A DNA stretch of 64,000 nt, taken from Spirochaetales bacterium. Its GTDB lineage: Bacteria > Spirochaetota > Spirochaetia > JABEVK01. Below the pieces are notes generated by a model. The model did no database searches and was not told the origin of the DNA. It saw only the letters and a list, made by a program, of their open reading frames with translations. The position numbers and the translations under genes were made by a program. Where the stretch lies: assembly GCA_037142615.1 (NCBI GenBank), contig JBAXAI010000012.1, positions 1 through 64,000 on the forward strand, in the 5' to 3' direction. The first letter of the stretch is position 1, and each line of letters opens with the position of its first letter. Of this stretch, positions 22,665-32,244 are shown piece after piece.

Positions 22665-23935
22665 AAGCAATCCACGTGGTGTGTGCCTTGCTGGAAGACG
22701 ACGGCAAGCTCCTGCTGGCACGCCGATCGCCCGGGCAGGCGCTGGCCGGGTTGTGGGAGTTCCCCGGGGGCAAGGTCGAGGAAGGAGAGAGTCCGCGCGA
22801 CGCATTGGCGCGGGAACTGCGGGAGGAACTCGGTACTGAGGTGAACTTGGGCGAGTCTTTGGGCTTCAGCGTGGTCGAGTCAGCTGGTCGTCTCATTGTG
22901 CTGGAAGGCTTTGAAGGGCGGCTGAGCCGTCCGCTGGGCACCTTGAGCGTGCACGATGCCGTGGAGTGGCGCGAACCCCGAAGCGTGGAGCGTGCCCGGT
23001 TGGCCAGCGCCGACCACTTGCTGCTCGACCGGTGGCTGGAGCGTCGCCCCACCTACCCCGACGTGCTGGGCCTGATCGGCAACACGCCTTTGGTGCGGCT
23101 GACCAAGCTGGGCACGGGGCTCAACACGGTGCTGCTGAAGCTGGAAGGTAACAATCCCGCTGGCTCGGTGAAAGACCGGCCCGCGCTTTCGATGATTCAG
23201 GAAGCGGCCAAACAGGGCCGCATCCGGCCAGGTGACACCCTGATCGAGGCGACCAGCGGCAACACCGGTATCGGCCTGGCGATGGCCAGCGCCGCCCTCG
23301 GCTACCAGATGGTGGTCATCATGCCCGAGAACGCGAGCCTGGAACGACGCCAGGCCATGGCAGCGCTCGGCGCCCGGCTGATCCTGACACCAAAGGAAGG
23401 CGGCATGGAGGCGAGCATCGACCTGGCCCGCAGCATGGAAACGGCCGGGGAAGGCGTTATCCTCGACCAGTTTGGCAACCCCGACAACCCGCTGGCCCAC
23501 TACCGCACGACGGGGCCGGAACTGTGGCGCGATACCCGGGGGACGCTGACGCATTTCGTGGCCAGCACCGGCACCACGGGTACGCTCATGGGCGTCAGCC
23601 GCTACCTGAAAGAACAGAATCCCAAAATCACCATCGTCGGCGCGGTTCCAGCCGAGGGCGCCCACATTCCGGGCATCCGCAAGTGGCCCGAGGCGTACCT
23701 GCCGGCCATTTACGAGCCGACGCGCCTCGACCGGACCCTGGCCGTGCCGCAAAGCGAGGCCGAAGCCCTGACGAGGCGACTGGCCCGCACCGAAGGCCTG
23801 CTGGTCGGCACCAGTTCGGGTGGCAACGTGTGGACGGCCCTGCAGCTCGACCTTGAGTTGTCGGGAGCCGTCATCGTCGCCGTGGTATGCGACCGGGGAG
23901 ACCGTTACTTCTCGACCGGCGTGTTTGACGCCTAG
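22661..23935 (+). CDS. cysM: Fusion of a MutT-like NUDIX domain and cysteine synthase B
   Basis: WEFPGGKVEEGESPRDALARELREELG then IGNTPLV, NPAGSVKDR, EATSGNTG, GTTGT, IPGIRKW, CDRGDRY in one reading frame. Confidence 0.9.
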   Translation: MKAIHVVCALLEDDGKLLLARRSPGQALAGLWEFPGGKVEEGESPRDALARELREELGTEVNLGESLGFSVVESAGRLIVLEGFEGRLSRPLGTLSVHDAVEWREPRSVERARLASADHLLLDRWLERRPTYPDVLGLIGNTPLVRLTKLGTGLNTVLLKLEGNNPAGSVKDRPALSMIQEAAKQGRIRPGDTLIEATSGNTGIGLAMASAALGYQMVVIMPENASLERRQAMAALGARLILTPKEGGMEASIDLARSMETAGEGVILDQFGNPDNPLAHYRTTGPELWRDTRGTLTHFVASTGTTGTLMGVSRYLKEQNPKITIVGAVPAEGAHIPGIRKWPEAYLPAIYEPTRLDRTLAVPQSEAEALTRRLARTEGLLVGTSSGGNVWTALQLDLELSGAVIVAVVCDRGDRYFSTGVFDA

Positions 23936-23947
23936 CGAGTTGCGAAG

Positions 23948-24304
23948 CTAGAGCCGGAGCAACCCGAGGCGATAGCCTTCGCGGACGGCCTCGGTTCTGC
24001 GTCCCACGCCGAGTTTCCGGTACAGACCGTCGAGGTGAAACTTGACGGTGTGGCCCGTGATCGCCAGCCGGTCGGCGATTTCGTCGTTGGCCCAACCGTC
24101 GGCCAAGAACTCCAGCATCTCGTGTTCACGGGGTGTCAGCGCGGTACCGGCGGGCGAATCGCGGCTCGCGTCGGGCGGCAACGAAGCGTCGCGGACGACC
24201 AAGTCCGCTTCGGCCTCGGAATCGACCCAAACCACCGACCCCGAACTCAGCGCCTCCCTGAGTTGGGAGGCCGCCGAATTGCGCAGCAACCGCAGTGTTT
24301 TCAC
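23948..24304 (-). CDS. LuxR/NarL-type HTH regulator with vestigial N-terminal domain
   Basis: LTPREHEML..LADGWANDEIA.RL.I..HTVKFH..LYRKLG..RTEAV. Confidence 0.9.
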   Translation of the reverse strand: MKTLRLLRNSAASQLREALSSGSVVWVDSEAEADLVVRDASLPPDASRDSPAGTALTPREHEMLEFLADGWANDEIADRLAITGHTVKFHLDGLYRKLGVGRRTEAVREGYRLGLLRL

Positions 24305-25146
24305 CGGCCCCCGGGGACAACCGTCAGAGTGTGGACGGCCCCGCTGCGCAGAACCTTGGCCTCGACACCGACCCCGGCCTCGAGCTTGGACAGCACGCTC
24401 GCCAGCTCCATGGGATGCGTCACCGTATGACCGGCCAGCGACACCAGAAGGTCACCCGCTTTGAGACCCGCGGTTTCGGCCGGGCTGCCAGCTTCGACTT
24501 CGGTGATCGCCAGCCCCTGATCGGTGCCCGACGGACGGGAATTGACGCCGAGGTAGGCCCTCAGCCGGGTACCCTTCGACTGCAAGGTAGCCACCAACTT
24601 GGCAAGGTCGGCGACGGGGACCAGCCAACCACTGTTGCCGGGACGGTTTTCGGCGACCATGCCGAGCAGATGACCTTCGGTGTCGACCACCGCGGCACCA
24701 CTGAAGCCTGGGTAGGAGGCCCCATCGGTCTGAAAGTGACCTTCGAGAGCGACGCCTTTTTCCCACTCGGAAGCTCCGCCGACAAAGCGCACCACGTCGA
24801 GCCGGGCTTCGACACCGCCGGGACTGGCGTAGGCCACCGTCACCGCCAGCGAACCCACTTTTGGCGCCTGCGCGGGCGACCACGGGCTCGCTTTGGCGAT
24901 TGGGACAGCGAGCAAAGTGAGGCCGGTACGGGCGTCGAAGGCCTGAACGGTTGCCGCCGTCGGGCTGCCAGCCAGCAGAACCGGAACGGTTTCGCCGTCC
25001 TGGGCTTCGCGGGCCAGAGTCACCACCAGGCCATCGGCCCAGATCAGCCCGGTGCGGCCAGAAACGCCTTCGCCACCAATGTGGACCAACTTGGGCGCGG
25101 CAGCGGCCACCAGCGAGGACAACTCTTCTGAAAATTGCTTGAGCAT
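24301..25146 (-). CDS. S1C (HtrA-like) protease-fold/PDZ protein
   Basis: QTDG..YPGFSGAAVVD..G.LLGM; PDZ AYLGV..GSPAETAGLKAGD; SD AAGGAG. Confidence 0.85.
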   Translation of the reverse strand: MLKQFSEELSSLVAAAAPKLVHIGGEGVSGRTGLIWADGLVVTLAREAQDGETVPVLLAGSPTAATVQAFDARTGLTLLAVPIAKASPWSPAQAPKVGSLAVTVAYASPGGVEARLDVVRFVGGASEWEKGVALEGHFQTDGASYPGFSGAAVVDTEGHLLGMVAENRPGNSGWLVPVADLAKLVATLQSKGTRLRAYLGVNSRPSGTDQGLAITEVEAGSPAETAGLKAGDLLVSLAGHTVTHPMELASVLSKLEAGVGVEAKVLRSGAVHTLTVVPGGR

Positions 25147-25241
25147 AAAACTCTCCTTGAACAAGGTGTTCAAGAAGGAAGCTACGGTCAAATGGCCCGA
25201 AAGGAACCTCGCCAAACAGGGGGGAGGCCTGTCCCCGGCAC

Positions 25242-25763
25242 TCAGGCGCCCGTAAGCTCGGCCACCAGCGCGTCGACCTCGGATAGGCTATTGTCGGTGC
25301 GGCGCTCAAACACCAGTTCTGAGTTGGCCGACTTGAGTTTGAGAAGCAGGCCGTACACCAGCGCCAGAAGGATCTTGTTCCCGTCGGTAGGAAATGAGCG
25401 TAGAAAGTCCATCAGGTCGAAGCGAGTCAGTTTGACAACAACGGACACTTCGGCCGACGACACATCGGCGGTGCGGGGGGTCTTGAGAAACATGGCGGCT
25501 TCGCCAAAGACCGTGCCGTCGCCGAGGGAGTCGATGTAGACGTCCTTGCCTTCGGAGTTCCTCGTGACGTGCACTTGACCTTCGAGAACGGCGAAGAACG
25601 ACGGGCTGAGATCACCGAATGACACGATGCGCTCCCCGGCATCGAACGACAGAACTTGGGCCCGGTCAAAAAGAAACTCTTGACCCAAGGGCGACAAGGC
25701 GCGAAAGATGAGGACCTTGCGGAAGGCCTCGAGATGGTCGGGTTTGTCCAAGCCGGTTTTCAT
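25242..25763 (-). CDS. Cyclic-nucleotide-binding domain protein
   Basis: GTVFGEAAMF..PRTADV; promoter TTGACA-17-GAACTT-7-ATG. Confidence 0.88.
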   Translation of the reverse strand: MKTGLDKPDHLEAFRKVLIFRALSPLGQEFLFDRAQVLSFDAGERIVSFGDLSPSFFAVLEGQVHVTRNSEGKDVYIDSLGDGTVFGEAAMFLKTPRTADVSSAEVSVVVKLTRFDLMDFLRSFPTDGNKILLALVYGLLLKLKSANSELVFERRTDNSLSEVDALVAELTGA

Positions 25764-25853
25764 ACACCTAAAGTTCGTCCACGCACGGGTTCTTGTCAAC
25801 GCGTGAGGCTGGACTTACCCAAGACGTTGGCGTAGTCTGGTGCCGGAGTCGCT

Positions 25854-26612
25854 ATGAAGAACCTTTCGCTGCTCGTGCTGGTCGCCTGGGTGCTCGCTTT
25901 GCCGACGCTGTCGGCTACGGACCTCCCTGATGGCAACAAGATTTTGGCCCAAATTGATGCCATTCGCTTTCCCGACACGTTCACCATGCGCGTGACGCTC
26001 ACCACCGTGAGCCCCGGCGAGGCAGACAAAGTGATGACCATGGACAACAGCCACAAAAAGGGTCTGGGAACTTTCCTCGAGCTTTTGGCCCCTGCGCGCT
26101 CCAAGGGAACCAAGATGCTGACGCAAGACGGGTCGCTGTGGATGTACAACCCGAAGTCGGGCAGCACCAAACCGTTGCGGTTGGCGCCCAAGGACAGCTT
26201 TCAGGGGTCTAGCTTCAGCAACAGCGACGTGTCGAAAACGGCGTTTGCAGAGGAATACCAGGCGGTCAACGAAGGCGAGGACAGCGTGGAGACCGCCGAG
26301 TTCGGCACGGTGAAGGCCTGGCGCATCCGGGCCGAGGCCACCAGTCCGACGGCCGCCTACGGCAAAATCGTGCAATGGGTGCGCCAAGGTGACCTGCTGC
26401 CGCTGAAGTTTGACTACTACGCCAAGAGTGGCCTGCTGTTCCGGCAAATGGTGCTGTCGGGGTACTCGACGCTCGCGGGGCGCCTGCGGGCCACCAACCT
26501 CGAAATGACCAGCCTCGACAAAAAGGGCACCAAGACCATCCTGCACATCGATTCGATGGACGAAAAGCCTCTGCCCGACAGCCTGTTCAACCTGACGAAC
26601 CTGACCAAGTGA
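25854..26612 (+). CDS. Outer-membrane lipoprotein-sorting (LolA-like) protein
   Basis: Signal peptide; APARSKGTKML, LWMYNP, SFQGSSFSNSD, LPDSLFNL. Confidence 0.85.
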   Translation: MKNLSLLVLVAWVLALPTLSATDLPDGNKILAQIDAIRFPDTFTMRVTLTTVSPGEADKVMTMDNSHKKGLGTFLELLAPARSKGTKMLTQDGSLWMYNPKSGSTKPLRLAPKDSFQGSSFSNSDVSKTAFAEEYQAVNEGEDSVETAEFGTVKAWRIRAEATSPTAAYGKIVQWVRQGDLLPLKFDYYAKSGLLFRQMVLSGYSTLAGRLRATNLEMTSLDKKGTKTILHIDSMDEKPLPDSLFNLTNLTK

Positions 26613-27841
26613 GGTGTGCCACGCGTGTTTCTCTTTGCCGTGCGGTGGCTACTTTGGGGGCTGTGTTGACGGCTGGCTGGGCTGCCGCTGAGGCTCCGAC
26701 GCAACCCGCCTTTCAATTGTTGGGCAACGTGAGCCAGAAACTTTCGTGGGTAGGGACCTCCTGGGACACCGGAGCCACCTCGAGTTGGGGCTTTACGGCG
26801 GGGCTCAGGCCGCAGTTTACCGATGGGCCGTTTCACTTTGTCGCCGACACCACTTGGACTCTGCCGCTCACCGGTAGTCTGGTTTCGGTGGCGCCGACGG
26901 TGTCGGTGCCCGAGGCCTACGCAAGGCTGACGCTGACCGACAACCTTGACGTGACCTTTGGCCAGAAGCGCCTCGCGCTCGGCGTGGGCCAAACGGTGAC
27001 CGTGGCGGATTCGCTGAACCCCACCGTCGGGTTCTTTGACCAGAAGACCGGCTTCCGTGGCTTCACGGCCGAATGGAGCCCGACCACCTGGGCCTCGGTG
27101 TCGGCGGCGGCTTCGACCGAAAGCGGTCGGCTCGACGACTGGGCCGGCGCCGGTCAGGTCAGCCTGCTCGCGGGCGGGGTGCAGGCGGTCGCGTCGTTGG
27201 TAGCCCGCGAGGCCAAAACCTTCCGGCCCGCGCTGGGAGTCACCTACGACCTGTTCGGCTTCATCTTGAGCGCCGAGGGCGCGGCCGAGTACCTGCCCCA
27301 AGTGATCAGGCCCTCTGGTCCGTGGGGCTCGGCGACGGCTTTGAGTTCCTGGTCGGCTCCGGCGGCGTGGACTGCGCCGGCCTTTTCCGGAAGCGCAGGC
27401 GCCCGCTACGCCCTGACCCTGGGTGACTTCGACCTCACAGTGTCGGCCGAGGCGCTCCACGCTGGCGAAAGCTTCACGGTCGACGAAACCACCGCGTGGA
27501 AAGAGGCCTTGGCGGCGGCTACGGTGGCGCATCAGGCGGCCGTACTCGGGGCCTTGGCCGCGCTTCGGGGTACGCTTCCCTTGCGCAGCCAGGACAACGC
27601 GTTCTTCCGGGTCTCGCTGGGGTACGCCGGTGAAGCCGCCGTGTCGAGTTTTGCCGCCGTCGATTTGCAGGACCACAGCACGTTGTTTCAAGCCAGCGCC
27701 ACCTGGACCCTCGTCGACAACCTCGATCTGACCCTGGGAGGCCAGGCGACTTCGGGCGACGCTGGCGACAGTTGGGAGTTCGTCGTTCCGGCCGACAAGA
27801 GCCGCTTTCTCGTCTCTTTTGCGACCACCTACCACTTTTGA
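26609..27841 (+). CDS. Putative outer-membrane beta-barrel protein
   Basis: Signal peptide, amphipathic strands, C-terminal TTYHF; typical position in LolA-like ABC clusters. Confidence 0.6.
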   Translation: MRCATRVSLCRAVATLGAVLTAGWAAAEAPTQPAFQLLGNVSQKLSWVGTSWDTGATSSWGFTAGLRPQFTDGPFHFVADTTWTLPLTGSLVSVAPTVSVPEAYARLTLTDNLDVTFGQKRLALGVGQTVTVADSLNPTVGFFDQKTGFRGFTAEWSPTTWASVSAAASTESGRLDDWAGAGQVSLLAGGVQAVASLVAREAKTFRPALGVTYDLFGFILSAEGAAEYLPQVIRPSGPWGSATALSSWSAPAAWTAPAFSGSAGARYALTLGDFDLTVSAEALHAGESFTVDETTAWKEALAAATVAHQAAVLGALAALRGTLPLRSQDNAFFRVSLGYAGEAAVSSFAAVDLQDHSTLFQASATWTLVDNLDLTLGGQATSGDAGDSWEFVVPADKSRFLVSFATTYHF

Positions 27842-27851
27842 GGAGCCAACC

Positions 27852-28550
27852 ATGCCCGAGACCATTCTCGCCGTAAGGGACGTGACAAAAGACTACCAAC
27901 TGGGCAAAACGGTCATACCGGCCCTCAAGGGGGTGAGCTTCGACATCCACGAAGGCGAGTTCCTATCAATCGTGGGCCCCTCGGGCTGCGGCAAGTCGAC
28001 CCTGCTCAACCTCATTGGATGCATCGACAAGGCCACGAGCGGCTCGGTGACGTTTCAGGGGACAGACCTCGCCACGCTCAACGACGATCAGGAGGCCGAG
28101 ATCCGCCTCAACCAGATCGGCTTCATCTTTCAGAGTTTCAACCTTGTCTCGGTGCTCAACGTGATCGAGAACATCGAGTTTCCCCTGCTGATGAACAAAG
28201 TGCCCCGTGCCGAGCGCCGTGCCATCGTGGACCATCTCGTGGAAGTTGTCGGGCTCGGAGAGTTCATTCGCCACCGACCCGACGAGCTTTCGGGCGGCCA
28301 GCGTCAGCGGGTGGCCATCGCGCGGGCCCTGGTGAATCGGCCCAGGCTGGTGATCGCCGATGAACCCACGGCCAACCTCGACAGCGAAACCTCGGCCACC
28401 GTCATGGAGGCGATGAAGCGGCTGAACGAGGAAGACAAGGTCAGCTTCATCTTCAGCACTCACAACGAGTTGATTGAACGTTACGCCCGACGCGTCATCC
28501 GCCTGAAGGACGGCCGCATCGTAGGCGACACCGCCCCCGGAGAACACTGA
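27852..28550 (+). CDS. ABC ATPase (LolD/MacB-like)
   Basis: GPSGCGKST, IGFIFQSFNL, LSGGQRQRVAIARAL, ADEPTANLD, STH. Confidence 0.95.
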   Translation: MPETILAVRDVTKDYQLGKTVIPALKGVSFDIHEGEFLSIVGPSGCGKSTLLNLIGCIDKATSGSVTFQGTDLATLNDDQEAEIRLNQIGFIFQSFNLVSVLNVIENIEFPLLMNKVPRAERRAIVDHLVEVVGLGEFIRHRPDELSGGQRQRVAIARALVNRPRLVIADEPTANLDSETSATVMEAMKRLNEEDKVSFIFSTHNELIERYARRVIRLKDGRIVGDTAPGEH

Positions 28551-28551
28551 G

Positions 28552-29778
28552 GTGTTTGCCAAGCTTGCGCTGCTGAACATCCTCAAACACGCCAAACGCT
28601 CGGCGGTGGTGTTTGGAGCTGTAGCCGTGGCCGTGGTTGTGCTGACCATCGCCGGAGGGGTGATTCGCGGCCTTTCGGACACCGTGCTGGCATCGATCAT
28701 CCCGACGGCCGGCCACGTGGTGATCACCGAGGCCGCCGCCCAAGATGCCGCTAACCCGCTGGATCTGAAGTACCTGATTCCCGGTGCCGAGGAACTCTTG
28801 GCCACGCTTCACGACGAGAGGATTGCCGTCGCCGAGACCATCCTAACCTTTCCGGCCCTCCTGGTCGAACCGGTACCCGATTCGAAGAAAGAGGCCCGCA
28901 ACGTGGGCCTGATGGGCCAAGGCGTGCGCCCCGACACGCGCTTTTTGAGCAGCGTCCGGGCCGGAATCACCGCAGGGAGCTTTTTGCCGGGGGGCCAGGG
29001 GGTCGCTCTTTCGAACCGGGTGGCCAAGCTGCTGGGCGTCAGTCTGGGCGGCACCGTCATGGTGCTGACCACCGACAGGGGTAACAATCCCTGGTATCAG
29101 GAATTGCCCATCACCGGCCTGTTCAACTCGGGCAGCGAACAGCTCGACCTGAACACCTTTGTGGTGAGCCAGGAGACCGCGCGCGAGCTGGTCGATGCTG
29201 CCGACATGAGCCGCGAAATCCGCATCTTGCTGAGGGATCCCGAGACCGCGCCCGCACTGGCTGCCGACTTGTCGAGGCAACTGGAGGGTCAGGGACTGCG
29301 GGTTCTCGACTGGCAACGGAACTTCGCGGCCGTGCTGACCATTGTCAAGTTCCTCGACATCCTGTTTGTCTTCATTCGCGTGTTTTTTGTCATTGTCGCG
29401 GGCTCGGTGATCACCAACAGCATCCTGATGACGGTGTTCGAGCGCACGCGTGAGTACGGTACCCTGCGCGCCATCGGGCTCAAAAAGCGCCAACTGCGGG
29501 CGATGATCCTCACCGAAGGGGCCTTGCTGGGGGGCTTGGGCTCGCTGGCGGGGCTGGCCGTGGGCATTCCCCTGGTGCTGGTGATGTCGGTCGTGGGGCT
29601 GGATCTTGGCAGCGCCACCGAGTACGTCGGGTTTTCGAGCCGCATTTACCCGCTCTTTTCGGCGATCGACGGCGTGACCAACCTGGTGTTTGGTACCCTG
29701 ATCGCGCTCGCCGCCAGTTGGTACGCGTCGCGGGTGTCGTCGCGCCTTTCGGTGAACCAACTGCTGAGCCACACCTAA
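28552..29778 (+). CDS. ABC permease, MacB/FtsX (LolC/E-like)
   Basis: TM, periplasmic domain, 3 TM; NSILMTVFERTREYGTLRAIG. Confidence 0.92.
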   Translation: MFAKLALLNILKHAKRSAVVFGAVAVAVVVLTIAGGVIRGLSDTVLASIIPTAGHVVITEAAAQDAANPLDLKYLIPGAEELLATLHDERIAVAETILTFPALLVEPVPDSKKEARNVGLMGQGVRPDTRFLSSVRAGITAGSFLPGGQGVALSNRVAKLLGVSLGGTVMVLTTDRGNNPWYQELPITGLFNSGSEQLDLNTFVVSQETARELVDAADMSREIRILLRDPETAPALAADLSRQLEGQGLRVLDWQRNFAAVLTIVKFLDILFVFIRVFFVIVAGSVITNSILMTVFERTREYGTLRAIGLKKRQLRAMILTEGALLGGLGSLAGLAVGIPLVLVMSVVGLDLGSATEYVGFSSRIYPLFSAIDGVTNLVFGTLIALAASWYASRVSSRLSVNQLLSHT

Positions 29779-29791
29779 CCCCGGAGAAGCC

Positions 29792-31048
29792 ATGGAAATG
29801 TTCAACATCGCGCTGCGAAATGTGTTCCGAAATCCACGCCGAACGGCCCTGAACCTGGTGGCCATCGGCCTGGGCGTCACCATCATCCTCACGATGAAAG
29901 GCTGGGTCGGCGGCCTGTCGACTTCGGCCTACCAGACCCAGATCGACCTCGACACGGCGCACGTGCAGGTGCTCGATTCTCGCTACCAGGAAGAGGCCCG
30001 ACGTCTGCCGCTCGACCTGCGGCTAAGGAATTGGCCCGCCGTGAAAGCCGCGCTGGCCGAGTTGCCCGACCTGGTAGGCGCTGGTCCGCGCCTCGACTTC
30101 GCGGCGCAAATCAGCAACGGGGAGACGGCCCTGACCACCAGCGTCCGTGGGGTTGAGCCGGCCGACGAGGCAAAAACGAACACTGTTGCCCAGCAAATCA
30201 CCTTGGGCACCTGGCTGACCGGCGATAACCAGGTGGTCCTCGGCTCGGGCTTGGCCCGGAAACTGAACCTGAACGTGGGCGACCAGGTGTTCCTGACCGC
30301 GCTCGACCAGTACGGGGTGCGCAACTTGGTCGACGCCTCGGTGGCGGGGATTTTTACTACCGGCTACGGCATCTTTGACGACGCGGTGGTGTACACCAGC
30401 CTCAAGAAGGCCCAGGACACGCTGGATCTGGGCCCAGGCGATGCGACCCGACTGGTGCTCAGGTTCCGCAATACAGACAATCTAGACCGGGACGTGGCAC
30501 GGGTGAAGGCGGCCTTGGAAAAAGCCGGCCTGGTCCGCTCGGGAGATTCAAGCTTGAGCGTTTACCCGTGGCGTGAGTTCGCCAAGGGCCTGGTCGATAC
30601 CATTGAGAGTCGGGTGGCGCTGATGATGGCCGGGCTGGGCCTTCTGGTGGTGCTGGTCACGATCGGCATCCTCAATTCGATGTCGATGGCGGTGCAAGAG
30701 CGCTTCCAGGAAATCGGCACCTTGCGGGCCATCGGCATGAACCGGCGGCGCCTGAGCCAGATGTTCCTGCTCGAGGGGTTCTGTCTGGGGCTGGCCGGGG
30801 GATTGATCGGCATGACGGCGGCGGCCCTCCTTGCTTGGGTGGGGGTTACCTATGGGGTCGACGCCCGGGGCTTTTTGCCGCGCGAGGTTCCCGTCCCGCT
30901 GGTAACGGTGCTCAGGCCCACCTACTGGATCACCGATTTTCCGCTCGCCGCGCTGGCCGCCGCCGGGTTGGCCACGCTGGGGTCACTTCTCCCCGCTCGT
31001 CGCGCGGGGCAAATGGTGATCCGCGACGTGCTCGGCACCCACGTGTAG
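29792..31048 (+). CDS. ABC permease, MacB/FtsX (LolC/E-like)
   Basis: IALRNVFRNPRRT; NSMSMAVQERFQEIGTLRAIG; PARRA. Confidence 0.92.
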   Translation: MEMFNIALRNVFRNPRRTALNLVAIGLGVTIILTMKGWVGGLSTSAYQTQIDLDTAHVQVLDSRYQEEARRLPLDLRLRNWPAVKAALAELPDLVGAGPRLDFAAQISNGETALTTSVRGVEPADEAKTNTVAQQITLGTWLTGDNQVVLGSGLARKLNLNVGDQVFLTALDQYGVRNLVDASVAGIFTTGYGIFDDAVVYTSLKKAQDTLDLGPGDATRLVLRFRNTDNLDRDVARVKAALEKAGLVRSGDSSLSVYPWREFAKGLVDTIESRVALMMAGLGLLVVLVTIGILNSMSMAVQERFQEIGTLRAIGMNRRRLSQMFLLEGFCLGLAGGLIGMTAAALLAWVGVTYGVDARGFLPREVPVPLVTVLRPTYWITDFPLAALAAAGLATLGSLLPARRAGQMVIRDVLGTHV

Positions 31049-31061
31049 CGTCTGCCGTTCG

Positions 31062-31541
31062 TTACAGCAGCGAATCGAGCTTCTGCAGGGCCCAAAGCAC
31101 CGCGGCTGACCGGACAGCGGCCCGGTCTCCGGCAAAGTGGCAGCACTCGGTGGCCACGCGTCCGGCGACGCTCCACCCGAACCACACCGTGCCGACCGGC
31201 TTGTCGGCGCTTCCGCCCCCCGGACCGGCGATTCCCGTGGTCGCGACCGACACCTGGGTCCCCGCCAGGTGGCAGGCTTGCTGAGCCATCGCGGCTGCCA
31301 CCTCGCCGCTCACGGCACCAAACTGAGTCACCAGATCGGCCGAGACCCCGAGCATCTGGGTCTTCGACTCGTTGGAGTAGGTGACAAAGCCCCGGTCGAA
31401 CCAGTCAGACGAGCCGGGCACCTCGGTCAGAGCGTGCGCGAGGCCACCGCCGGTGCAACTTTCTGCCGTGGCCAGCAGCCAACCTCGGGTGCGGAGTTTC
31501 GTTCCCAGAGACTCGGCCAGGGCGTACGTGGGGGAGTTCAT
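31062..31541 (-). CDS. pncC: CinA C-terminal domain / NMN deamidase PncC
   Basis: ATAESCTGG, PGSSDWF, VTYSNESK, GAVS, TGIAGPGGG..KPVGTV. Confidence 0.9.
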   Translation of the reverse strand: MNSPTYALAESLGTKLRTRGWLLATAESCTGGGLAHALTEVPGSSDWFDRGFVTYSNESKTQMLGVSADLVTQFGAVSGEVAAAMAQQACHLAGTQVSVATTGIAGPGGGSADKPVGTVWFGWSVAGRVATECCHFAGDRAAVRSAAVLWALQKLDSLL

Positions 31542-31599
31542 GGGCTCCAGTATAGCTTGCCGGTGGACGCGACGCCTCGTCTCACGTACTTTGAAGTCC

Positions 31600-32244
31600 A
31601 TGATTCGAACTTTGGAACGCAAACCCCTTGAGCCGTCGACCGGCAAGGCTCCCCTTCTCGTCTTTTTGCACGGATTCGGCTCGAACGAAGCCGACCTTTT
31701 TGGTCTCGCCGAGGCGTTTGATCCGCGCTTTCACGTGCTGTCGCTGCGGGCGCCGATGACGCTGAGCCCCCAGTCGTTCGCGTGGTTCATGGTCGACTTT
31801 ACGCCCGAAGGTCCGCAACACGACGAAGCGGCCGCGACCAAGAGCCTTGGCCTGTTGGTGGAGTTTCTGGAAACGGCGCGAAAAACCCTGCCGATCGAAG
31901 CGTCGCAAGTGTATCTGGTGGGCTTCAGCCAAGGGGCCATTTTGGCGACCAGCGTGTTGCTCACGCGCCCGGACCTGGTGGCGGGGGTGGTCGCGTGGAG
32001 CGGCAGGACCCTGCCCGAGGTCGTCCCCACGGCACCGGGCCCTGCGGCGCTGGCCGACAAGCCCATTCTGGTCGTCCACGGAACCGAGGACCGCACCCTG
32101 CCCATCCATCACGGGCGCGCCACCCGTGAGGCGCTGGCCAAACTCCCGGTCGAGCTGACCTACCAGGAGTTCGCCATGGGCCACGAGGTGACCGACGAAA
32201 GTCTCGAGTTCACCCGCGATTGGATGAACTCGAGGGTGAAGTAG
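31600..32244 (+). CDS. Phospholipase/carboxylesterase (alpha/beta hydrolase)
   Basis: LHGFGSNE, GFSQGA, HGTED, MGHEV. Confidence 0.92.
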   Translation: MIRTLERKPLEPSTGKAPLLVFLHGFGSNEADLFGLAEAFDPRFHVLSLRAPMTLSPQSFAWFMVDFTPEGPQHDEAAATKSLGLLVEFLETARKTLPIEASQVYLVGFSQGAILATSVLLTRPDLVAGVVAWSGRTLPEVVPTAPGPAALADKPILVVHGTEDRTLPIHHGRATREALAKLPVELTYQEFAMGHEVTDESLEFTRDWMNSRVK

